Shown: positions 26,121-32,000 of the stretch, one piece after another
Layout: the number at the start of each line of letters is the position of its first letter
How positions within the stretch are numbered: the first letter of the stretch is position 1
Origin: Nostoc sp. PCC 7120 = FACHB-418
Lineage (GTDB): Bacteria > Cyanobacteriota > Cyanobacteriia > Cyanobacteriales > Nostocaceae
Direction: 5' to 3'
Assembly (NCBI RefSeq): GCF_000009705.1
Contig: NC_003272.1
Location: forward strand, 5,550,001-5,582,000
Length of the DNA stretch: 32,000 bases
Translations under genes and position numbers: made by a program
Notes under the pieces: model-generated
What the model saw: the letters and a program-made list of their open reading frames with translations, nothing else
Told to the model about the DNA's origin: nothing
Databases searched by the model: none

Positions 26121-27399
26121 ATACAGCATCTAAATTAATTCCCAGTTCACTTAAACCGCGCTTTAAGATGACTTTTGCTGCATCAATGTCTGCATCTGCG
26201 TGATGACCACAATGTTCGCAAAGGAACTTTTCTTTATCTCGGTTTGTAGGACTGATATAGCCACATTCGCTGCATTCTTGGGAGCTAAAGTTTGGCTTAA
26301 CCTCATGTACTAGAACGCCAGCCCTTTCGGACAAAATTTTAACTTTCAGTTTGAGGGAACCCCAAGCAGCATCAGCGATCGCTTTATTTAGTCCAGATTT
26401 AGCAGACTGGCCATTGCGTAAGTATTTACCGCTTTCATCTTGCTTAGGCTTGCAACGAGCCATCATACCCTGAACGTTGAGATTTTCAAATACAATCAGG
26501 TCGAATCGCTTAACTAAATTATGAGCTATTTTCCATTGATAATCCTCTCTTTGATTGGTAACTTTCTGTTCTAGCTGCGCTATTTGCTGATATGCTTTTT
26601 GGCGACGACGGGAACCTAAAACTTTACGATTCGCCGCCCAGTTAAGACGCGATCGCTTGCGTTCCATCTGCTTGTAAAATCGAGGATTGGCAATAGTTTC
26701 ACCAGTGCTTAGAGATATCAGCTTTTTAATTCCTAAATCCACTCCCAACGCTGTTTGTATTTGCTGGGATGCAGAAGCCTGGGGAACTGTGTCATCTTGC
26801 AACAGAACGGAGATATAAAAACCGTTTGCCTTTTTCCGCACAGTGGTAGAACGAATTTTAAAGCCAAGTGGAAACGGTCGAGATTGAAAAAATCGCATCC
26901 AGCCAAGTCCAGGTAGTCTGACTTTGTTCCCTTTAAAGCCAACATCCCCTGTTGGGTAAGTGAAAGAGCGAAGTTTTCCCCTTCTTTTTGTTTTAGGATA
27001 TTTACCCAAGCCTTTAAAAAACCTCACAAAAGCAGTATCAACTTGCTTGAGCATTTGTTGCAAGACGTGATAGCAAATCTCACCGTACCAAGGTCGCTCT
27101 TTTTTCAGGTCTACTAAATTGGCATCCTGTTGAGCAAGGGGACTACGTTTTTTCCCTTTTGTACTCCAGGGATTTCCGTACAAAGCACCCTTGCTAACGG
27201 AACAAGTTAATGGACAGCATTCAGCTTGAGTTTGAAGAATGCAGTAGTTACCCATGACAGGTGCTTTTGCTTGCTCGTATGCTTCCGTTCTTTCCCTAAC
27301 TCGAAAGTTGTATTGGAGGCGAAGCAGATGCAGCCAACGCTCCATTGTTTCAGCTTGTTTCAATGAGGGATTCAGTTTATATACGTAGGACAGAAGCAT
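25996..27399 (-). CDS. tnpB: TnpB (IS200/IS605 OrfB) RNA-guided endonuclease
   Basis: N-terminus MLLSYVYKLNPSLKQ. RuvC-I LGVDLGIKK, RuvC-II IVFENLNVQGM, zinc ribbon CSECG..x..CEHCG, RuvC-III HADADIDAAKVI. I prefer the ATG at 27399 over the listed TTG at 27411. Confidence 0.9.
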   Translation of the reverse strand: MLLSYVYKLNPSLKQAETMERWLHLLRLQYNFRVRERTEAYEQAKAPVMGNYCILQTQAECCPLTCSVSKGALYGNPWSTKGKKRSPLAQQDANLVDLKKERPWYGEICYHVLQQMLKQVDTAFVRFFKGLGKYPKTKRRGKLRSFTYPTGDVGFKGNKVRLPGLGWMRFFQSRPFPLGFKIRSTTVRKKANGFYISVLLQDDTVPQASASQQIQTALGVDLGIKKLISLSTGETIANPRFYKQMERKRSRLNWAANRKVLGSRRRQKAYQQIAQLEQKVTNQREDYQWKIAHNLVKRFDLIVFENLNVQGMMARCKPKQDESGKYLRNGQSAKSGLNKAIADAAWGSLKLKVKILSERAGVLVHEVKPNFSSQECSECGYISPTNRDKEKFLCEHCGHHADADIDAAKVILKRGLSELGINLDAVSGVPRKQDKSTSKEPVARQGISTALAVEPGNPHQVEERLSN

Positions 27400-27639
27400 A
27401 AAAGAAAGCAATACATTGCAACGCTAAGTTAATTATTTGATATTTATTACATCTTGACATTGCTCCAAGCAATATAATGTTTCGGAGATAAAAAATATAT
27501 CTAATTTTAATAATTAAATATGGTTTCACTATAAATCTTTAAATTACTTTCAGAAAATATACGGGAGAAATAATAATTGTATTAGACAATAATATTCACA
27601 GAAAGAGTAAATTATCTCAAGCCTTATCAGGAGTTGGAA

Positions 27640-27816
27640 ATGGCAAAAAATTGGAAAGAATATGCTGCTGATTTTGCAGTGAATACTACTTCAGGGATTG
27701 TAGTTGGTGTCATAGTCGGTGTTGCAGTAACTGCAATTACATCTAACCCTGCCTTTGGTATAATGGCAGGCAAAGTAACTGCTGGAGGTGTTTTCGGTGG
27801 TAGTATGATATCGTAA
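27640..27816 (+). CDS. 58-aa glycine-zipper small membrane peptide
   Basis: AGGAG (27629-27633) lies 6 nt before the ATG at 27640. GxxxG-rich hydrophobic core SGIVVGVIVGVAVTAIT...GIMAGKVTAGGVFGG. A dedicated terminator follows. The ORF is more GC-rich than its flanks. Confidence 0.6.
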   Translation: MAKNWKEYAADFAVNTTSGIVVGVIVGVAVTAITSNPAFGIMAGKVTAGGVFGGSMIS

Positions 27817-27901
27817 TAGATGTTAATAGCTTCATGGTGTTTTAAATAGATGATTGATAATTGCACCACAGTAGTTTTTATTTAACTAATTTCTTTGTAC
27901 T

Positions 27902-27947
27902 TGCATTTCTGATTTATTAGTAAATAGAAGTGCATTTTTTATTTTTT
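27902..27947 (+). terminator. rho-independent terminator downstream of the small peptide gene
   Basis: Stem TGCATTTCT (27902-27910) / AGAAGTGCA (27926-27934, one G-U pair), followed by TTTTTTATTTTTT. Confidence 0.65.
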
Positions 27948-28058
27948 ACCCTTTAGCGGCAAGTCATCTGCGTCGTAGAAGTATCTGCAAGGACGTGACA
28001 TGGACTGATAATACAGAATTAATGCGAGACGATCGCGATAGATAATTATTTACAATAT

Positions 28059-29450
28059 TTACTTTCCTATACAGAATCTACTAAAAATCCTATCAAGCAC
28101 TGACTCTGTTACCTCTTCCCCGGTGATTTCTCCCAGTGCTTGGATTGCACCACGTAAGTCAATTGTCCAAAAATCTAGGGGTAGCTGCTGGGTAATTGTG
28201 GCTTGCACTTGTTCTAGAGACATTTTCGCTTGGGTGAGGGCTGCGGCTTGTCTTTGATTAATGGCTAAATCCATATCAGCCGCTTGGACTTTTCCAGTTT
28301 GAACTATCTCTAATATTGCCGTTTCTAGACTATCAATTCCTTGTTTTTGGGCTGCGGCTGTGTGAACAATTTGAGTAATATTTTCGGGATATTCTAAAGA
28401 TGTAATTAATTGTTTTTCTACCAAATCAATTTTATTCATCACGAGAATTAACGGACGGTGTTTTACTTGTTCATAAATTTCTTGGTCGCCAGTCGTCCAA
28501 CCGGTGGCAGCATCGATGGTTAACAAGACTAAATCGGCGGTGTTGGCTGCTTGACGCGATCGCTCTACGCCTATCTTTTCTACTTGGTCGCTAGTCTCCC
28601 GAATGCCTGCTGTATCTAGCACTTGTACGGGAATGCCTCCGACGACTAACTGCGATTCTACAACGTCGCGGGTTGTGCCGGGTAAGTCGGTGACAATGGC
28701 GCGATCGCTCTGGCTCCAAGCATTCAATAAGCTGGATTTACCTACATTCGGACGACCTACGATTGCCACTTTTAAGCCTGTCCGCAGTAGTTCACCTTTG
28801 TCTTTAGTTGCCAGTAGTTGCGATATTTCTGCGGCAATGTTTTCAATATCTGATATGATGGCTTCATCATCCAACGGGGGTAAATCTTCCTCAAAATCAA
28901 TCCTGGCTTCAATTTCTGCCAAAATATCCAAACAGTTAGCGCGTAACTGGCGGATGGGATGAGCTAATTTGCCTTGTAAACCAGCTAAAGCCGTTTGAGC
29001 CGCTTGGGGCGATCGCGCACCGACTAAATCAGCAATGCTCTCGGCTTGGGTTAAATCTAGTCTGCCATTCAAAAAGGCTCTGAGGGTAAATTCCCCCGGT
29101 TGAGCAAGTCTAGCGCCGCTTTCCAGACATAATTGTAACACCTGCTGCACTGCAATAATTCCCCCGTGGCAATGGAACTCTACCACATCTTCGCGGGTGT
29201 AAGAACGAGGCGCTTTCATGAGCAGTAACAGGGCTTCATCTACGATTTGTCGCGTTTGGGGATGGCGGATGTAACCGTAAAGAATCCGGTGACTTTCCCA
29301 AACTTGCTTACCAGGCGCATCAAACAGAGTTTGGGCGATCGCTATTGCCTGGGAACCAGACACCCGCACGATACCGACGCTACCTTGTTGAGGGACAATA
29401 GCTGTAGCGATCGCCGCAATAGTTCCAGTAATAGCCAAAAGTTGAGTCAT
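28059..29450 (-). CDS. mnmE: tRNA modification GTPase MnmE (TrmE)
   Basis: 463 aa. G1 [10 protein letters not shown]2 region TTRD, G3 DTAGIR, G4 NKID, and the C-terminal FCIGK motif characteristic of MnmE. Confidence 0.95.
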   Translation of the reverse strand: MTQLLAITGTIAAIATAIVPQQGSVGIVRVSGSQAIAIAQTLFDAPGKQVWESHRILYGYIRHPQTRQIVDEALLLLMKAPRSYTREDVVEFHCHGGIIAVQQVLQLCLESGARLAQPGEFTLRAFLNGRLDLTQAESIADLVGARSPQAAQTALAGLQGKLAHPIRQLRANCLDILAEIEARIDFEEDLPPLDDEAIISDIENIAAEISQLLATKDKGELLRTGLKVAIVGRPNVGKSSLLNAWSQSDRAIVTDLPGTTRDVVESQLVVGGIPVQVLDTAGIRETSDQVEKIGVERSRQAANTADLVLLTIDAATGWTTGDQEIYEQVKHRPLILVMNKIDLVEKQLITSLEYPENITQIVHTAAAQKQGIDSLETAILEIVQTGKVQAADMDLAINQRQAAALTQAKMSLEQVQATITQQLPLDFWTIDLRGAIQALGEITGEEVTESVLDRIFSRFCIGK

Positions 29451-29502
29451 TTGTCAGTTGTCATTGGTCAGTTGTCAGAGATGCGATTAATCGCGTCTGT
29501 AC
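29451..29502. repeat. STRR2-type heptamers plus the 26-nt palindromic element (copy B, inverted), abutting the mnmE start codon
   Basis: ttgtcag ttgtcat tggtcag ttgtcag followed by AGATGCGATTAATCGCGTCTGTAC. One mismatch relative to copies A and C. Confidence 0.85.
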
Positions 29503-29597
29503 TTTTTTTAAAATGGTAGATATTTAGACTAATTTGATTTTAACTACCAAGGTAAAATTTACCTGGAGGGCAGAAAAAGACCCTGAGTAGAGAGGAA

Positions 29598-29804
29598 TTG
29601 ACAGTGGAGCAGAAAATTAACTGCGCTCAAGCTTGCGTCAACGGTTGTGTTCTAGGGGATAAATGTCCGAACATTGAGTTTCGAGAGGCTACTTCTCAAT
29701 TCATTGCCGAGACTTCTTTAGACCAAATGCTGCAAATGGCGGAAGAGCGTCTGCGGAAAAAAAGGATGGAACCACCTAAATGGGTTCTTCCTGAAGATTC
29801 ATAG
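29598..29804 (+). CDS. small Cys-rich hypothetical protein
   Basis: 68 aa (TTG at 29598, or GTG at 29604 preceded by GAGAGGA). Four-cysteine cluster C-x3-C-x3-C-x5-C (CAQACVNGCVLGDKC) followed by a charged helix. Confidence 0.5.
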   Translation: MTVEQKINCAQACVNGCVLGDKCPNIEFREATSQFIAETSLDQMLQMAEERLRKKRMEPPKWVLPEDS

Positions 29805-29862
29805 GTAATGGGTAATGGGTAAAAATCTCTTTTCAATTACCAATTAACAATTACCAACTAAA
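29805..29862. repeat. inverted heptamer tracts (GGTAATG units facing ATTACCA/ATTAACA units) between convergent genes
   Basis: gtaatgg gtaatgg gtaa ... caattac caattaa caattac caa. The arms are complementary, giving a hairpin or terminator-like structure. Confidence 0.75.
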
Positions 29863-29893
29863 GAGACTATATCTAGATAACTAGCAACTTGGG

Positions 29894-30583
29894 TTAAATA
29901 GTATCTGGATCTATGTTTAATTCTCGCAGCTTCGCTCTTAAGCGATCGCTGCGTTCTTTTTCTTGATCAGCGCGTTGTTTTTCTTGTTGTGCAGTTTCTT
30001 CTGGTGTGGGGACTAGTTCTCCTTCGTCCGTGTAAAAGCGTAAATTTTGCTGATTCACTCCTAAATATAACTCTAACTGCTGACTCCATAGCCAACCTTG
30101 GGGATTTGCTTCAATTGGTTGATATTTACCAGCCATCAACACAAAGCCGGCAAACTCCAAAGTATCAGGATCAAACCAGAAGTACTCAGGTGTGCGGAAT
30201 GTGTCTTGGTAGATTTGCTTTTTTAAACCTCTGTCTGTAGTGGCGGTAGAATCTGATAGTATTTCCACAATCACGTTAGGATATCTACCTTCTTCTTGCC
30301 AGACAACCCAACTTTTGCGGGGACGGCGTTCTGTTCCCAGCACCACAAAAAAGTCTGGGCCTCGAAAATATTCTGACTTACGCTGAGTGGGACTGTAATA
30401 AATAGTCAGGTTCCCGGCGGCAAAAAAGTCATTGCGGTCTTGCCACCACCACTCTAAACACTTTAATAACAGTATTAATTGTTGTAAATGTAAATAACTT
30501 TCCAAAGGTGGTTCGTCACTATATAAATCCCCTGGAGGAAAGATAACATCTTCTGGGGTAACAAATTCTTCGGTGACAGACAT
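29894..30583 (-). CDS. Uma2-family (DUF820) putative endonuclease
   Basis: 229 aa. The layout is typical of the abundant cyanobacterial Uma2 proteins: PPLESYLHLQQ..., PDFFVV, WVVWQEEGRYPNVIVEILS, then a charged coiled C-terminus. Confidence 0.75.
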   Translation of the reverse strand: MSVTEEFVTPEDVIFPPGDLYSDEPPLESYLHLQQLILLLKCLEWWWQDRNDFFAAGNLTIYYSPTQRKSEYFRGPDFFVVLGTERRPRKSWVVWQEEGRYPNVIVEILSDSTATTDRGLKKQIYQDTFRTPEYFWFDPDTLEFAGFVLMAGKYQPIEANPQGWLWSQQLELYLGVNQQNLRFYTDEGELVPTPEETAQQEKQRADQEKERSDRLRAKLRELNIDPDTI

Positions 30584-30644
30584 AGTAACAAGTGTCTCAG
30601 TCTTATAAGTTTAGCCTAACAATAAATACAGATTGCAGTCGTAA

Positions 30645-31502
30645 CTATTCAGGATTTATGACTATGGAAAGAGCAATTTGATAGACTTGGCGACGGTTGA
30701 GGGAGGTATATTTAGTTAGTTGACGACTAGCTTGCGATCGCGATATTCCTTGCATCATTAATTGTTGCAATTCAGCTTTGAGTTGTTCCTCTGTCAGTAG
30801 GGTTTCGCTGGGTGGGTTTCCTGCTACCAAAAGTGTATATTCACCTTGGGGTTCCTTTTGTTGATAATGGGCAATCGCTTCCCCAATACTCCCCCGCCAA
30901 AATTCCTCATATAATTTAGTTAACTCCCTTGCCAGGACAATTTGGCGATCGCTCCCCCATACTTCTGCTAAGTCTTGTAAAGTTTCCCGCAGGCGGTGGG
31001 GCGATTCGTAGAAAATTAAAGTGCGGGATTCTGTTTGTAAAGCCTCTAAATGCTCTCGTCTTTGTTGACCTTTAGCTGGTAGAAAACCCTCAAATACAAA
31101 CTTATCCGTTGGTAGTCCCGCCGCACTCAAGGCTGTAATTGCCGCACTCGCCCCAGGAATAGGAACTACGGGAATGGCGACTTCCACACAGGCTTTCACC
31201 AGTTCGTAACCAGGATCAGAAATTCCCGGCATACCGGCATCACTCACAAGAGCGATCGCTTTACCACTATGCAAATGCTTTAATAATTCTGGGATACGAC
31301 TGGTACGATTATGCTCATGGTAACTAACTTGTGGTGTTTTCACCTGCAAATGCTGGAGCAACTTCCCCGTATGGCGCGTATCTTCCGCCGCAATCAAATC
31401 CACATTTTGCAATATCCGCACTGCCCGAAAGGTGATATCCTCCAAGTTACCAATCGGTGTACCAACTATATATAGTGTTCCTGGTTTGGGATCAGTCTGC
31501 AT
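30645..31502 (-). CDS. rsmI: 16S rRNA (cytidine1402-2'-O)-methyltransferase
   Basis: 285 aa. LYIVGTPIGNLEDITFRAVRIL N-terminus, AEDTR, and SDAGMPGISDPG, which are tetrapyrrole-methylase-fold RsmI signatures. Confidence 0.9.
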   Translation of the reverse strand: MQTDPKPGTLYIVGTPIGNLEDITFRAVRILQNVDLIAAEDTRHTGKLLQHLQVKTPQVSYHEHNRTSRIPELLKHLHSGKAIALVSDAGMPGISDPGYELVKACVEVAIPVVPIPGASAAITALSAAGLPTDKFVFEGFLPAKGQQRREHLEALQTESRTLIFYESPHRLRETLQDLAEVWGSDRQIVLARELTKLYEEFWRGSIGEAIAHYQQKEPQGEYTLLVAGNPPSETLLTEEQLKAELQQLMMQGISRSQASRQLTKYTSLNRRQVYQIALSIVINPE

Positions 31503-31557
31503 TTAATCAATTCAAAACTTGTACTGAGCTTGTCGAAGTATTCAAAAAATATTAGGG

Positions 31558-31625
31558 ATTGTTGACTGATGACTGTTGACTGTTGACTGAAAACTGTACA
31601 GACGCGATTAATCGCGTCTCTGACT
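31558..31625. repeat. STRR3-type heptamers (TTGACTG) plus the 26-nt palindromic element (copy C)
   Basis: ttgactg atgactg ttgactg ttgactg aaaactg, then GTACAGACGCGATTAATCGCGTCTCT. It ends 2-7 nt before the ATG at 31627. Confidence 0.85.
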
Positions 31626-31626
31626 A

Positions 31627-32000
31627 ATGACAAATCACGCTTTATTTGTAGGTTTGGTGACATTAGATTTAATTTACTTGGCTGAATCTGCTCCTCAAAA
31701 TAATCAGAAATTAGTAGCGACTGATTACACTGTAGCAGCAGGTGGGCCTGCGACTAATGCGGCTGTGACTTTTAGTTATCTGGGTAATCAAGCCACAGTT
31801 TTGGGTGTAGTTGGTTCCCACCCGATGACGCAGCTTATTCGTAGTGATTTGACTAAATATCAAGTAGCGATCGCTGACATTGATCCTACTATTAATACAC
31901 CACCGCCTGTATCTTCAATTATTGTCACCCAAGCCACGGGGGAACGGGCTGTCATTTCTATCAATGCTGTCAAAACTCAAGCTAGTGAAGACTCTATCCC
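31627..32000 (+). CDS. PfkB-family (ribokinase-like) carbohydrate kinase, 3' end beyond window
   Basis: Open frame from the ATG at 31627 to the window edge, not in the ORF track. MTNHALFVGLVTLDLIYL...VAAGGPATNAAVTFSYLG matches the PfkB N-terminal GG motif. Confidence 0.75.
   Translation, partial: MTNHALFVGLVTLDLIYLAESAPQNNQKLVATDYTVAAGGPATNAAVTFSYLGNQATVLGVVGSHPMTQLIRSDLTKYQVAIADIDPTINTPPPVSSIIVTQATGERAVISINAVKTQASEDSI

Larger units (their letters stand above)
25913..27480 (-). mobile_element. IS200/IS605-family, TnpB-only (IS1341/IS891-like) insertion element; ends approximate
   Basis: Contains only tnpB. It abuts tRNA-Ser at one side and an AT-rich region at the other. A 6-bp hairpin ATTGCT-CCA-AGCAAT at 27459-27473 lies upstream of tnpB. 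Exact LE and RE cannot be fixed from a single copy. Confidence 0.5.

Noticed and set aside
27454-27479. TTGACA...TATAAT-like boxes on the plus strand upstream of the small peptide gene
   Set aside because: The spacer is only 13 nt, and the TTGACA-adjacent sequence forms the 6-bp hairpin that is more likely part of the IS left end. It is not reported as a promoter.
27627-27869. 80-aa ORF antisense to the glycine-zipper peptide gene
   Set aside because: It has no RBS, and its PT/AV-rich composition is the mirror of the Gly/Val codons on the plus strand. The plus-strand frame has both an RBS and a terminator. An antisense RNA is still possible.
13514-31625. Heptamer tracts and the three copies of the 26-nt palindrome considered as a CRISPR-like array
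   Set aside because: The units are 7 nt and contiguous with no spacers. The palindrome copies are kilobases apart and in mixed orientation. These are STRR/SDR repeats, not CRISPR.

Overview
This window looks like a chromosomal segment from a filamentous Nostoc/Anabaena-type cyanobacterium. Three things support that. I counted about 35 HIP1 octamers (GCGATCGC) by eye, where fewer than one is expected by chance. There are many STRR-type tandem heptamer tracts in intergenic DNA. A photosystem I psaM gene is present. Most of the roughly 30 protein genes are ordinary housekeeping or conserved cyanobacterial genes: a 5'-truncated GH13 glycosidase, a fasciclin protein, rpoZ, sugar kinases of the BadF, FGGY and PfkB families, psaM, a TPR protein, GST, yajQ, MAPEG, bioD, a Ser/Thr kinase, prs, an HD-domain hydrolase, nadA, a metallophosphoesterase, mnmE, a Uma2 endonuclease and rsmI. 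There are two tRNAs, Pro-GGG and Ser-UGA. I found no rRNA, no CRISPR array and no recognisable multi-gene defence island. The accessory content is: (1) a TnpB-only IS200/IS605-type element lying directly against the 3' end of tRNA-Ser, followed by an AT-rich islet that carries a self-contained 58-aa glycine-zipper peptide gene; (2) two copies of a MITE, one with a nested hairpin repeat; (3) a 26-nt palindromic small dispersed repeat present three times inside heptamer tracts next to start codons; (4) a 34-bp perfect palindrome; (5) a compact cluster of small stress or membrane genes (a TIGR02587/TIGR02588-like pair, CsbD, GlsB/YeaQ); and (6) possible gene relics. All functional calls rest on motif recognition from memory, since no database search was possible. 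Element boundaries and RNA predictions are inferences.
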